Positions 36,972 through 47,418 of a DNA stretch of 50,880 bases are shown one piece after another. A model generated the notes under the pieces. It searched no databases. It was not told where the DNA came from and saw nothing but the letters and a program-made list of their open reading frames with translations. Source of the stretch: Candidatus Eiseniibacteriota bacterium (GTDB lineage: Bacteria; Eisenbacteria; RBG-16-71-46; DASYSL01); assembly GCA_046598045.1 (NCBI GenBank), contig JBKJJJ010000099.1:1-50880 (forward strand), in the 5' to 3' direction. The first letter of the stretch is position 1; every line of letters starts with the position of its first letter. The position numbers and the translations under genes were made by a program.

Positions 36972-37768
36972 AGTCCGTGATTCCGGCCGCCGTCCAGGAG
37001 GACGGTCTGGCCGGTCACGTAGGCCGCGCGGTCCGACGCGAGGAACGCCACCATCGCGCCCAGCTCCTCGGGCTCGCCGAGACGCCCGACGGGAATCTCG
37101 GCGGAGAGGCGACGGAAGAGCTGCATCGCGCCCGGCCCGGTCGTGCCCCCCGCCCCGTCGCCCGAGCCGTGCGCGACCTCGATCAGGCGCTCGGTGCGAA
37201 AGTATCCGGGCGCGACCGTGTTGACGGTCACGCCGTCCTTCGCGTAGCGCTCGGCGAACAGCTTGACCACGCCCTTGAGCCCGGGGCGAATTCCGCTCGA
37301 GGTCGCGAGGTTCGGGATCGGCGTCGCCATCGAACCCGAGCCGATCACGACCATGCGCCCCCACCCGCGCTCAGCCATCGCGGGCAGCGCGGCGCGGCCG
37401 AGGCGCACGGTGGTCAGGAACGTGAGCTCGAACGCGCGCCGCCAGGCGGCGTCATCGAGTTCCTCGATGAATCCCGCCGGCGGGCCGCCCGCGTTGGCGA
37501 CCAGGATGTCGACCTGTCCGAAGCGCGCCTGGGCCTCGCGCACCGCGCGTTCGCAGGCATCCGGCTCGGCCAGGTCGGCGGTGATCGCGAGCGTCTCGAC
37601 GCCGTGCGCCGCCGCGATCGCGGCTGCCGCCTCCACCACCGCATCCTTGCGCCGGGCGACGAGCGCGACCTTCACGCCCTCCCCCGCCAGCGCCTCCGCG
37701 CACGCGCGCCCCAGCCCCTGGCTCGCGCCGCACACCAATGCCGCCCGTCCGGTCAGCCCCAGCTCCAA
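36968..37768 (-). CDS. short-chain dehydrogenase/reductase
   Basis: CGASQGLG, VANAGGPP, S...R-type active site, GRLGEPEE, YVTGQ. Confidence 0.9.
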   Translation of the reverse strand: MELGLTGRAALVCGASQGLGRACAEALAGEGVKVALVARRKDAVVEAAAAIAAAHGVETLAITADLAEPDACERAVREAQARFGQVDILVANAGGPPAGFIEELDDAAWRRAFELTFLTTVRLGRAALPAMAERGWGRMVVIGSGSMATPIPNLATSSGIRPGLKGVVKLFAERYAKDGVTVNTVAPGYFRTERLIEVAHGSGDGAGGTTGPGAMQLFRRLSAEIPVGRLGEPEELGAMVAFLASDRAAYVTGQTVLLDGGRNHGL

Positions 37769-37771
37769 GCG

Positions 37772-38305
37772 TTACCTCGTGGCCATGGTCTTGAGGAGTG
37801 CATCCTCGATCGCCGCGTGGAAGTGCGGCAGGTCGGAGGGCTCGCGCGCGGTGATGAGGTGCCCGTCGATCACCACGGGCGCATCCTCGTACAGCGCGCC
37901 GGCGAGTTTCACATCGTCCTTGATCCCCTTGTAACACGTCACGCGCCGACCGCGCAGGCGATCCGCGGAGATCAGCACCTGCGCCCCGTGACAGATCGCG
38001 GCGACGATGGCCTGGCGGTCATCGAACGCGCCGACGAACGCGAGCACGGCCGGGTCGAGGCGCAGCGTCTCGGGCGCCTGTCCTCCCGGCAGGATCACGG
38101 CGTCGAACTGGTCGTGCGTCACTTCGGCGAGGCCCTGGTCGGGCTCGATCGAGCCGCCGAGCTTGCCGAACACACGGCCGCGCGTGAGGCCGATCACGAC
38201 CACGTCGGCCCCGCGGGCATTGAAATAATCGATGGGCTCGAACACCTCTTCATCCCGAAACATGGGGGCGACGAGGAGTGCGATGTGTTTCCCGTGCAGG
38301 TCCAT
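37772..38305 (-). CDS. PfpI / DJ-1 family protein
   Basis: FRDEE, LPGGQAPE.LR, AICHG, VV.DG.LITAR.P.DL. Confidence 0.92.
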   Translation of the reverse strand: MDLHGKHIALLVAPMFRDEEVFEPIDYFNARGADVVVIGLTRGRVFGKLGGSIEPDQGLAEVTHDQFDAVILPGGQAPETLRLDPAVLAFVGAFDDRQAIVAAICHGAQVLISADRLRGRRVTCYKGIKDDVKLAGALYEDAPVVIDGHLITAREPSDLPHFHAAIEDALLKTMATR

Positions 38306-38518
38306 GGTGCGACTCCTTGTGCGGCGTGGCAGGCTCCGCGCGCTCCCCGCGCGGCGGGGCGATTATCTCCCCACCCCGGACCTTGCGCTCGCCAATTTGG
38401 GGGATGCCCAAGCGGCTCGAGTCCGGCCCCCCGCCGAACGCGCCAACCAACGACACGACAACGAGTTAATGGATCTGCCCGGGTCCGGCCCCCGGGCTCG
38501 CAAGGGCTCAGAACCGTA

Positions 38519-38542
38519 TCAAAGACGTTTCAAAGACGTTTC
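38519..38542. repeat. 11-bp tandem direct repeat, candidate regulator site
   Basis: TCAAAGACGTT x2 plus TC, in the divergent intergenic region upstream of lpdA. Confidence 0.6.
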
Positions 38543-38670
38543 GCGCAAGAATTTGTCCCCCTGGGCCATCCTACAGTCGGGTCGAAGCTTGACCGGTCCG
38601 ACAACGGCAGTAAGAATCAGCGGCGACCGCAGCAGTCGACCGCTCACCCACGCGACAAGGAGTCGGGGTC

Positions 38671-40086
38671 ATGGCTCAAAGCGAAGTTTTCGATGTGGTG
38701 ATCCTGGGCTCCGGCCCCGGCGGCTACGTCGCCGCGATCCGGGCCGGCCAGCTCGGGCTCAAGACCGCCATCATCGAGAAGGATCCGTTCCTCGGCGGCA
38801 CCTGCCTGCACCGCGGCTGTATTCCCACCAAGGCGTTGCTCCACACCGCGGACCTGCTCGACGAATTCGCCCACGCCAAGACGTTCGGCATCGTGGCCGG
38901 CGCGGCGTCGCTCGACATGCCGGTCGTCCAGGCGCGCAAGGACAAGGTGGTCAACCAGCTCGCCACCGGCGTCAAGGGCCTGCTGCGCAAGAACAAGGTC
39001 ACCGTGTTCCAGGGCTTCGGCGTGCTCGCGTCGGCGAACAAGATCGCGCTCAAGGATCCCGCGGGCAAGGTCACCGGCGAGGTGCAGGCGAAGAACATCC
39101 TGCTCGCCACCGGCTCCGACTGCCGCGACATCCCGTCGCTGCCGTGCGATCACAAGGTCGTGATCAACTCCGACGACATCCTCAAGCTGCCGGCCGTGCC
39201 CAAGTCGCTGCTCGTGATCGGGGCGGGGGCCGTGGGGTCGGAGTTCGCGTCGATCTACCGCCGCTACGGATCCGAGGTCACGCTGGTCGAGATGATGCCG
39301 ACGCTCGTGCCGGTCGAGGACGAGGAGATCGGCAAGGCGCTGGGCGAGGCGTTCACCAAGCAGGGGATCCTGGTCAAGACCGAAACCACCGTAAGCGCGC
39401 TCAAGGTGGTGGGGGACAAGGCCGAGGTCGTGATGAAGGGCAAGGACGGCAAGGAGGAGAAGGGGACGTTCGACCGCGTGCTCGTCGCCATCGGCCGGAA
39501 GCCCATGACCGAGGGCATCGGGCTCGAGACGGTGGGGGTCAAGACCGACAAGGGCTACGTGCTCCACGACCCGGCCACGTTCGAGACCAACGTCAAGGGC
39601 ATCTACGCGATCGGCGACATCATCAAGGCGCCATGGCTCGCGCATGCCGCGTCGCACGAGGGCATCCACGTGGTGACGCACCTGGCGGGCAAGGAGACCG
39701 AGACCATGAACATGGACAAGGTCCCGAACGCCACCTACTGCTTCCCCGAGGTCGCCTCGGTGGGCCTGACCGAGAAGAAGGCGAAGGAGCGCGGCTACGA
39801 CGTGCGCGTCGGCAAGTTCCCGTTCGTCGGCATCGGCAAGGCGCTGATCCTCGACCAGACGCAGGGCTACTTCGTGAAGTACGTGGTCGACAAGAAGTAC
39901 GACGAGGTCCTCGGCATCCACATCATCGGCCCGAAGGCCACCGAGCTCCTCGCCGCCGCGGGCGTCGCGCTGTCGCACGAGGCCACCGGACAGAGCATGC
40001 AGAACACCGTGTTCGCGCACCCGACGCTGTCGGAGGCGCTCGGCGAGGCCGCCCATGCCGTCTACGGAATGGCCATTCATTACTAG
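38671..40086 (+). CDS. lpdA: dihydrolipoyl dehydrogenase (E3)
   Basis: GSGPGGY, GGTCLHRGCIPTK, GAGAVG.E, HPTLSE. Confidence 0.97.
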   Translation: MAQSEVFDVVILGSGPGGYVAAIRAGQLGLKTAIIEKDPFLGGTCLHRGCIPTKALLHTADLLDEFAHAKTFGIVAGAASLDMPVVQARKDKVVNQLATGVKGLLRKNKVTVFQGFGVLASANKIALKDPAGKVTGEVQAKNILLATGSDCRDIPSLPCDHKVVINSDDILKLPAVPKSLLVIGAGAVGSEFASIYRRYGSEVTLVEMMPTLVPVEDEEIGKALGEAFTKQGILVKTETTVSALKVVGDKAEVVMKGKDGKEEKGTFDRVLVAIGRKPMTEGIGLETVGVKTDKGYVLHDPATFETNVKGIYAIGDIIKAPWLAHAASHEGIHVVTHLAGKETETMNMDKVPNATYCFPEVASVGLTEKKAKERGYDVRVGKFPFVGIGKALILDQTQGYFVKYVVDKKYDEVLGIHIIGPKATELLAAAGVALSHEATGQSMQNTVFAHPTLSEALGEAAHAVYGMAIHY

Positions 40087-40093
40087 GCCGGAT

Positions 40094-40843
40094 GTGCCGG
40101 TGGGGGAGGCGCCGCTCGCGCGCGCCTACTGGCTCGGGCGCATGGGTTACCTCGAGGCGGCCGCGCTGCAGCACGCGCTGGTCGAGGAGCGCAAGCGGGA
40201 CGCGATTCCCGACACGTTCCTCTTCCTCGAGCACCCGCCGGTGATCACGCTCGGGCGGGGGACACACGCGGAGAACCTGCTCGCGCCGCAGTCGTTGCTG
40301 GCCGCGCGCGGCATCGAGGTGTGGGAGACGACGCGGGGCGGCGACGTCACGTACCACGGCCCGGGGCAGCTCGTGGGCTACGGGATCGTGGACCTGAAGC
40401 AGCACGGCAAGGACGTGGCGCTCTACCTGCGCCGCCTCGAGGAGGCGCTGATCGCGCTGCTGGCGCGCTACGGCCTCGCGGGTTCGCGGCGCGCGGACTA
40501 CACGGGCGTGTGGCTGGGCGGCGAGAAGGTGTGCGCCATGGGCGTGCGCGTGGACCACTGGGTCACGTCGCACGGCTTTGCGCTCAACGTGGGGGCCGAC
40601 CTGTCGCACTTCGACCTGATCGTGCCGTGCGGCATCAGGAGCCACGGCGTGACGTCGATCGAACGCGCGAGCGGAACGCGGCCCGAACTCGAAGGCGTCG
40701 CGCGGGATGCACAGCAGGCGCTGGCCACGACGTTCGGCTGGCGCATGGAGACCGGGGACGCGCGCGGGCTACCCAGCCCGGGCGCGACCCCGGAGCGCGT
40801 CCTCGGGGGCGTGCGGCGATGGCATCCCGATTCCGGGGAGTGA
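40094..40843 (+). CDS. lipB: lipoyl(octanoyl) transferase
   Basis: LEHPPVITLGR, RGGDVTYHGPGQLVGY, KVCAMG, HGFALNV, IVPCGI. Confidence 0.95.
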   Translation: MPVGEAPLARAYWLGRMGYLEAAALQHALVEERKRDAIPDTFLFLEHPPVITLGRGTHAENLLAPQSLLAARGIEVWETTRGGDVTYHGPGQLVGYGIVDLKQHGKDVALYLRRLEEALIALLARYGLAGSRRADYTGVWLGGEKVCAMGVRVDHWVTSHGFALNVGADLSHFDLIVPCGIRSHGVTSIERASGTRPELEGVARDAQQALATTFGWRMETGDARGLPSPGATPERVLGGVRRWHPDSGE

Positions 40844-40845
40844 AC

Positions 40846-42024
40846 TTGGCGACTTCGAAGACCAAACCGGGCAGCAAGGGCAGCACCGGCAAGACCAGCG
40901 CGCCCGCAACGCGCGCCACAGGAGGCTCACCTTTGCAGACGCCAGAGATGACCAGGAGCGACGAGTTTCCGCCGCCGGTGTCGACGCGGCCGTTCGTCAA
41001 GGGCGCCCCGGACGGCCCGCCCGTCCCGCGCGAGGCGCAGCAGCAGTTGCTGCGCTACATGATGATGACACGCGAGGTCGACGACCGCATCGAGAAGAAG
41101 CTCTATCGCCAGGGCAAGATCGTCGGCGGCGTGTACACCGGCCGCGGCCAGGAGGCGATCTCGGTCGCATTCACGCTCGCGCTGCAGGCGAAGGACTACA
41201 TCATTCCGTCGCACCGGGACATGGGCGTGTACGTCACGCGCGGCATGTCGCTGTACAAGATCTTCGCCCAGTACCTGGGCCGCAGGGACGGCCCGGCGCG
41301 CGGCAAGGACGGCAACATGCACATGGGCGACCTGCGCCTCGGCCTGGTCTCGTTCGTGTCGATGCTCGCGGACTCGGTGCCGATCGTCGCCGGCGCGGGC
41401 ATCACGTTCAAGAACCGCAAGGAGCCGCGCATCGCGATCACGTTCAACGGCGAGGGCTCGACCTCGCGCGGGGACTGGCACGAGGGCATCAACTTCGCCG
41501 CCGTGCAGAAGGCGAACTGCGTGTTCGTGATCAACAACAACTCGTACGCCTACTCGACGCCGACCGAGGCGCAGTACGCCTGCGAGAATCTCGCCGACCG
41601 TGCGATCGGCTTCGGCATCCCGGGCTACCTGATCGACGGCAACGACGCCGAGGCGGTGTACCGGACGGCCATCGAGGTCTGCGAGCGCGCGCGCACCGGC
41701 GGGGGACCCTCGATCGTCGAGTGCAAGACGTTCCGCATGACCGGCCACTCGGCGCACGACGACCCCTCGCACTACGTCCCGCCGGAGAAGTTTCCCGAGT
41801 GGGAGAAGAAGGACCCGATCGCGCGCCTCTCGCGCCGCCTGATCGACGCCGGCGTCGTGGACGCCGCGTGGCTCGACAAGACGCAGGCCGAGATCAAGGC
41901 CGCGGTCGACCTCGCGGTCGAGCAGGCCGAGGCCTGCCCGTTCCCGGATCCGTCCGAGGCCGCGACCGACGTCTACTACGATCCGACGCGACCGATCGTG
42001 AACCAGGAAGGAGCGGCGGACTGA
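40846..42024 (+). CDS. 2-oxoacid dehydrogenase E1 alpha (probably branched-chain type)
   Basis: GQEA, SHRD, TPP motif GEGSTSRGDWHEGINFA...NN, RMTGHS.HDD. The start is uncertain. Confidence 0.92.
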   Translation: MATSKTKPGSKGSTGKTSAPATRATGGSPLQTPEMTRSDEFPPPVSTRPFVKGAPDGPPVPREAQQQLLRYMMMTREVDDRIEKKLYRQGKIVGGVYTGRGQEAISVAFTLALQAKDYIIPSHRDMGVYVTRGMSLYKIFAQYLGRRDGPARGKDGNMHMGDLRLGLVSFVSMLADSVPIVAGAGITFKNRKEPRIAITFNGEGSTSRGDWHEGINFAAVQKANCVFVINNNSYAYSTPTEAQYACENLADRAIGFGIPGYLIDGNDAEAVYRTAIEVCERARTGGGPSIVECKTFRMTGHSAHDDPSHYVPPEKFPEWEKKDPIARLSRRLIDAGVVDAAWLDKTQAEIKAAVDLAVEQAEACPFPDPSEAATDVYYDPTRPIVNQEGAAD

Positions 42025-42995
42025 TGGCTCTCACCACCTACCTCGAGGCGATCCGCCAGGGGCTGTTCGAGGAGATGCGCAAGGACGACCGCGTCGTCAT
42101 GCTGGGCGAGGACATCGCGAAGTACGGCGGTGCGTTCAAGGTCACCGCCGGCCTGTTCGACGAGTTCGGCGCCGGGCGCGTGATCGACACCCCGATCGCC
42201 GAGTCGGCGATCGTCGGCGCGGCGATCGGCATGTCCATGAACGGGCTGCGCCCGGTGTGCGAGATGCAGTTCATCGACTTCATCACCTGCGCCTTCGACC
42301 AGATCACGTCGTACGCGGCGAAGAGCCGCTTCCGCTGGGGCGTGGGCGTGCCGCTCGTGGTGCGCGGTCCCTGCGGCGGCAACGTGCACGGCGGGCCGTT
42401 CCACTCGGCGAATCCCGAGATGTACTTCGCGCACACGCCCGGCCTCAAGGTCGTGACCCCCGCGACGGCGTACGACGCGAAGGGCCTGATCAAGGCGGCG
42501 ATCCGCGACGAGGACCCGGTGCTGTTCTTCGAGCACAAGTACCTGTACCGCCGGATCAAGGAAGAGCTTCCGGGCGATGACTACATCGTGCCGATCGGCA
42601 AGGCCGCGCTGAGGCGCCCGGGCAAGGACATCACGCTCGTGACCTACGGCGCGATGCTCTACCTCGCGTACGAAGCCGCGGAGGCGCTCGCGCCCGACAT
42701 CGAGCTCGAGGTCATCGACCTGCGCTCGATCATGCCGTTCGACATCGAGATGGTGATGGACTCGGTCAAGAAGACCTCGCGCTGCATCATCCTGCACGAG
42801 GACACACTCACGGGCGGCATCGGCGGGGAGATCGCCGCGCGCCTGGCCGACGAGGCCTTCACCTACCTCGAAGCTCCGATCAAGCGAATTGCGTCGCCCG
42901 ACGCGCCGGTGCCGTTCGCGCCGACGCTCGAGGAGGCGTTCCTGCCCAAGACCGCGGACATCGTCAAGGTCGCGCGCGAACTCATGGCGTTCTAG
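42024..42995 (+). CDS. 2-oxoacid dehydrogenase E1 beta
   Basis: GEDI..YGGAF, DTPIAE, EMQFIDF, HGGPFHS, FFEHKYLY. Confidence 0.95.
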   Translation: MALTTYLEAIRQGLFEEMRKDDRVVMLGEDIAKYGGAFKVTAGLFDEFGAGRVIDTPIAESAIVGAAIGMSMNGLRPVCEMQFIDFITCAFDQITSYAAKSRFRWGVGVPLVVRGPCGGNVHGGPFHSANPEMYFAHTPGLKVVTPATAYDAKGLIKAAIRDEDPVLFFEHKYLYRRIKEELPGDDYIVPIGKAALRRPGKDITLVTYGAMLYLAYEAAEALAPDIELEVIDLRSIMPFDIEMVMDSVKKTSRCIILHEDTLTGGIGGEIAARLADEAFTYLEAPIKRIASPDAPVPFAPTLEEAFLPKTADIVKVARELMAF

Positions 42996-43007
42996 GGAGA
43001 GGGAACC

Positions 43008-44468
43008 ATGGCGACCGATGTCGTGATGCCGCAGATGGGCGAGTCCCTCGCCGAGGGCACCGTCACCAAGTGGTTGAAGCAGGTGGGCGACAAGATCGAG
43101 CGCGACGAGCCGCTATTCGAGATCTCGACCGACAAGGTGGACTCGGTGATCCCGGCGCCGGCGGGGGGCTACCTCTCCGCGATCAAGGTGCCCGAGGGCA
43201 CGACCGTCAACATCAACACCGTGGTCGCGGTGATCGACGCCTCCCCGGCAGGCACAGCTGCGTCGGCTCCCGCGCCCGCTGCTGCTGCCGCGCCCGCTGC
43301 CGCGCCCGCGCAGCCGGCGGCCGCCCCGACGGCTGCGGAGATCCCGGGGCTCTCGGCGCCCGCCGAGGCGGCCTCGAGCCTGCCGCGCGACACCAGCCCG
43401 CTCGGGCTCGACGTCCAGGAGCTCGTCGTCCCGGCCTCGGTGCGCCCCGCGGCGAGCGCCGCGCCCGCGGTCTCGAGCGGCAATGGCACGACCACCGCGC
43501 CGGTGGCGGGGGCCGACGCCGCGTTGCTCCACCCGACGAGCGGCCGCGTGCTGACGTCGCCGCTGGTCAAGACCATGGCGCGCGTCGAGAACGTGGACCT
43601 GCGCACGGTGCCCGGCACGGGCGCCGGTGGCCGCGTCACGCGAAACGACGTCACGCGCTATCTCGAGGACCGCAAGCGTGGCGCCTCGGCTGGGCCCGCG
43701 GCCGGGGCGGGGACGGGCTTCGGCCTGCCCGCGCCGTCGCCCTCGTGGCTGGCGCAGGTGATGCCGGGCGACCGCGTCGAGCCCATGACGAAGATGCGCA
43801 CGATCATCGCGAATCACATGGTGTTCTCGAAGCACACGTCGCCGCACGTCTACACCGTGTTCGAGTTCGACTTGACCCGCATCGCCGCGATCCGCGCGAA
43901 GGAGAAAGCCGCCTTCGAGCAGTCCGCGGGCGTCAAGCTCACGTTCATGCCGTTCATCCTCAAAGCCACCGTTCATGCCCTGCGCAAGAACCCGGTGCTC
44001 AACGCGTCGGTGCGCGGCAACGAGGTCATCTACCACGCGTCGAGCAACGTCGGCATCGCGGTCGACCTCAATCCGGGGCTGATCGTGCCGGTCGTGAAGA
44101 AGGCCGAGGAGAAGTCGTTCCTGGGTCTCGCCCGCAGCCTCAACGACCTCGCGGCGCGCGCGCGCAGCAAGCAACTGGCGCCCGACGACGTGCAGGGCGG
44201 CACGTTCACGATCACGAACCCGGGCGGGTTCGGTTCGCTGTTCGGTTGTCCGGTGATCAATCAGCCGCAGGTCGCGATCCTCGACGTGGGCGGCATCGTC
44301 AAGCGCCCGGTCGTGGTGACCGACGACGAGGGCGACAAGATCGCGATTCGCTCGATCTGCCTGATCTCGGTGGCCTACGACCACCGCGTCGTCGACGGCG
44401 CGAGCGCGGACCACTTCATGAACGACCTGCGGGACTACCTCGAAGGCTGGAACGAGCCGCTGGTCTAG
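43008..44468 (+). CDS. dihydrolipoamide acyltransferase (E2), single lipoyl domain
   Basis: MPQMGES..EGT, ISTDKVD (lipoyl Lys), E3-binding GTGAGGRVT, GGTFTITN, DHRVVDG. Confidence 0.95.
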   Translation: MATDVVMPQMGESLAEGTVTKWLKQVGDKIERDEPLFEISTDKVDSVIPAPAGGYLSAIKVPEGTTVNINTVVAVIDASPAGTAASAPAPAAAAAPAAAPAQPAAAPTAAEIPGLSAPAEAASSLPRDTSPLGLDVQELVVPASVRPAASAAPAVSSGNGTTTAPVAGADAALLHPTSGRVLTSPLVKTMARVENVDLRTVPGTGAGGRVTRNDVTRYLEDRKRGASAGPAAGAGTGFGLPAPSPSWLAQVMPGDRVEPMTKMRTIIANHMVFSKHTSPHVYTVFEFDLTRIAAIRAKEKAAFEQSAGVKLTFMPFILKATVHALRKNPVLNASVRGNEVIYHASSNVGIAVDLNPGLIVPVVKKAEEKSFLGLARSLNDLAARARSKQLAPDDVQGGTFTITNPGGFGSLFGCPVINQPQVAILDVGGIVKRPVVVTDDEGDKIAIRSICLISVAYDHRVVDGASADHFMNDLRDYLEGWNEPLV

Positions 44469-44479
44469 CGCGCTCGTTT

Positions 44480-47068
44480 CTAGAGTCGCACGAAGCGCCG
44501 GGCCTGGGCCTGCCCGCTCGCTTCGAGCCGGGCCACGTACATCCCGGCCGGCGCCCGCCGGCCGGCGCGGTCCACGCCGTCCCAAACCACCCCCACGGGC
44601 CCGACCGGCGAACCCGCCAGGTCGAGTTCCCGCACGAGCCGCCCACGCAGGTCGAAGATCCGGAGCCGCGGCCCGGCCGCGCCCGGGGCGATCTCCGGCA
44701 GATAGAGGTGGAACGACGCCCGACCACCGAGGGACGGATTCGGCGTGACCGGCAGGAGCGCGAACGCCAGCGGGGCGTCCGGATCTTCGCCATCGAGGCA
44801 GACGCGGCTCGGCACGTAGCGCCTGAACGCGTCGGCTTGGTCCGCCCATCCGCCGTCCGTGTCGAGTGCGCGGAAACGCAACCGATAGTCGCGGCCCGGC
44901 CTCGCACACGGCGACTGGAACGCGAAGCCCGTGGCGTTGCCCGGCAGGTTCGCGATCGTGATCCACGTCCCTCCGCCATTGTCCGAGTATGCGATCTGGA
45001 TCGCGCTCACGGTGTCCGTGTCGGTGGCGTGGAACGCGAGCATCGTCGGGGCGTCGACGTCGATCGTGGCGCTGTCCTCTGGCGTATCGACGGTCCACAC
45101 CGGCGGCTGGTCGAGCCGGCCGAACGCGCTCCAATCGAAGAACACGTCGACCGGCCGCTCGGGCACGAAGTCGATGTTCGTGGTGCCGCACACGGTCTGC
45201 GGCGGCGACGGAATCCGGTAGACGTACGAGCGCACGTCGAAGCCGGAGGCGGTCGCCGTCCCCGGCGCCAGCTCACCCCAGCCCACGTTGTACTCGAGCA
45301 GCGGCCCCTCGCTCCAGCCGTTCGAACCCGGGATGGCGGCGCTCGGCAGCTTCTTGCGCACGATCACGTCGGGCGTCTCGAGGATGCGTCCCGGCGGCAG
45401 GTCGACGTGCGCGCGCACCTCCCAGCGCTCGGCGAAGTAGCGCCCGTCGATCGGACACCCGTTGTTGTCGTTCAGCTTCGTGTCCCGGAGCGTCACGCTG
45501 TCCGTACCGACCAGCGCCCACGATTGCGAGCGCACGAGCCCGCGCAGGAAGCCGCGCGGCGGCAGGAGCCTGGTCAGCAGCGCCGGCGCGTCGGGAATGC
45601 CCCACCCGTAAGTGTCGTCCCGGCCGGGCGCGCCGACGTCGCGCGCGCTGCGGCGCAGCATCTCCTGGAACTCGTTGTCCCGCATCCCGGGCTGGAGCGT
45701 GTACGCCAGGCCCGCGAGCCCGGTCACGAACGGCGCCGCGAAGGACGTGCCCGACGACGCCGCGAAGTCGCGCAACGGGCTGGCGTACGCGTTCTCGTAC
45801 GTGAGGTAGGTCGACATGATGCCCTCGCCCGGGGCGGCGACGTCGATCTGCGGCCCGCGGGAGGAGAACCGCGCCAGCGTGCCGTCGGACTTGATCGCCG
45901 CCACCGACACGCCCAGCCCGTAGCGCGCGTAGTAGCCCGGGTATTGCGGCCGGTCATCCTGGCCGTTGCCCGCACCGCAGATCACGACCGCGCCGCGTAT
46001 CGCCGCGGTGGCGATCGCCTCGCGCACATTGTCGTTGTCCTCATCGCCGCCGAACGACAGGTTGATCGCGCGCGCGCCGTGATTCGCCGCGAAGATGATG
46101 CCCTCGACCAGTTCGCTCGCGAGCGCGTCGGTGTGGTTCGTGGGCGTGGCCTTGACCTCGACCACGCGGCAGCCGACCGAGTCGCCGCCCGCGCCGCCGC
46201 ACACACCCGCCACTCCGCTGCCGCCGAGCACGGGCCCGTTGTTGGTGAGCGCCAGCGCGACGCCCGCCACGATCGTGCCGTGCCCGACCGAGTCGTCGGG
46301 CGTGGCGAACTCGCCCTCGATGCTCGAGTTGTAGCGCGCGATCACGCGCGGGCTGCCGTCCGCGAGGTCCCGGTTGAGCTCGGGGTGGTGGAGATCGAAG
46401 CCGGTATCCACGATCCCGAGCACGGTCGCGCTCGAGCCGGTCGTGACTGCCCAGCCCGCGGGCGCCCGGACATCGACCCCGGCCACGCCGCCGTACGGCC
46501 CGACCCCGGTGTTGGCCAGGCCCCACTGGGTGCCGTCCGCGAACAGGGGGTCGTTGGGCAGGAACGCGGCCTGGGTCCAGGCCAGGTGGTAGACGGCGTC
46601 GGTCTCGGCGAGCTCGACCTCGGCCGCTCCGGCCAGGGCGGCCGCGGCAGCCCTGGCGTCGGCCCCGGGGGGTAAAACCAGCCGAAAGGTGCGTGCCAGG
46701 CGGGCCTCGGGACCATCCGGGGCTGCCGGATCATCCACCAGGCCGAGGTCCCGGAACGGGTCCTCGACGCCCTGGACGCCCGCTGCGAGGGCTCGCGCGG
46801 CGAGGTCCGGCGTGGCGTCGAGGCCGAGATCCCGCGGGCCGATCCGGACCGCCTCCCCGGGAAGGACCGCCTGGCCCAGCCCAAGCGGCCCCCGGGGCGC
46901 CGGGGCAAGCGGGCGCAACCGGACCAGGATCGCCGGCGGGTCGGTGCGGGGCCGGAAGGAGACCTGGGCCCCCGCGACCGTGGCAAGGCCGACACAGAGA
47001 GTGGCCATTGCCCAGAGACCCGTGAACTTTCTTCCCAGTCCGGAAGTTTCCCCTCTATAATGGTGCAT
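44480..47068 (-). CDS. S8 subtilisin-like serine protease with a C-terminal FlgD-like tail
   Basis: VDTG, GHGT, GAGN, SGTSFAAP; tail PNP...IFDLRGRLVR...WDG.D..G...PAGMY. The start may be ATG 47008. Confidence 0.9.
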   Translation of the reverse strand: MHHYRGETSGLGRKFTGLWAMATLCVGLATVAGAQVSFRPRTDPPAILVRLRPLAPAPRGPLGLGQAVLPGEAVRIGPRDLGLDATPDLAARALAAGVQGVEDPFRDLGLVDDPAAPDGPEARLARTFRLVLPPGADARAAAAALAGAAEVELAETDAVYHLAWTQAAFLPNDPLFADGTQWGLANTGVGPYGGVAGVDVRAPAGWAVTTGSSATVLGIVDTGFDLHHPELNRDLADGSPRVIARYNSSIEGEFATPDDSVGHGTIVAGVALALTNNGPVLGGSGVAGVCGGAGGDSVGCRVVEVKATPTNHTDALASELVEGIIFAANHGARAINLSFGGDEDNDNVREAIATAAIRGAVVICGAGNGQDDRPQYPGYYARYGLGVSVAAIKSDGTLARFSSRGPQIDVAAPGEGIMSTYLTYENAYASPLRDFAASSGTSFAAPFVTGLAGLAYTLQPGMRDNEFQEMLRRSARDVGAPGRDDTYGWGIPDAPALLTRLLPPRGFLRGLVRSQSWALVGTDSVTLRDTKLNDNNGCPIDGRYFAERWEVRAHVDLPPGRILETPDVIVRKKLPSAAIPGSNGWSEGPLLEYNVGWGELAPGTATASGFDVRSYVYRIPSPPQTVCGTTNIDFVPERPVDVFFDWSAFGRLDQPPVWTVDTPEDSATIDVDAPTMLAFHATDTDTVSAIQIAYSDNGGGTWITIANLPGNATGFAFQSPCARPGRDYRLRFRALDTDGGWADQADAFRRYVPSRVCLDGEDPDAPLAFALLPVTPNPSLGGRASFHLYLPEIAPGAAGPRLRIFDLRGRLVRELDLAGSPVGPVGVVWDGVDRAGRRAPAGMYVARLEASGQAQARRFVRL

Positions 47069-47402
47069 GGCTTGGATGAGACCCTCCGCGGGGGCGTGTT
47101 CCGAGATATGGACCCGGAATGCGGCTCAGAAACCCGTGCTCGGGTCGCCGTAGAACAACGCAATACCGACATCCACGAAATATTCCTTCCGCACGAATCC
47201 TCGCGGCGTGGAAGTCACACCAAGCTTACGCCCCACATCATGGAGTTCACAAGGGCGGACCCCGAGCCCGAACTCCACGAACATGCGTTTTGAAATTCGT
47301 GCACGGTCAAGCTGCAATCACGCGCGACGCGCGAGTTGTGGTGGGATCCCAACCTGCTGCAAATTGAGCGGATTTGCGCGGCATTTTGAAAGTCATAGCG
47401 GT

Positions 47403-47418
47403 TGGCACGGAGCTCGCT
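47403..47418 (+). promoter_or_regulatory. sigma54 (-24/-12) promoter
   Basis: TGGCACG-GAGC-TCGCT versus consensus TGGCACG-N4-TTGCW, about 90 nt upstream of ATG 47509. Confidence 0.7.

Noticed and set aside
43255..43340. Repetitive GC-rich stretch in E2
   Set aside because: Ordinary Ala/Pro linker of dihydrolipoamide acyltransferases.
47060..47367. Small ORFs in the S8 intergenic region
   Set aside because: No recognisable motifs or RBS, atypical codon use, and overlap with regulatory DNA.
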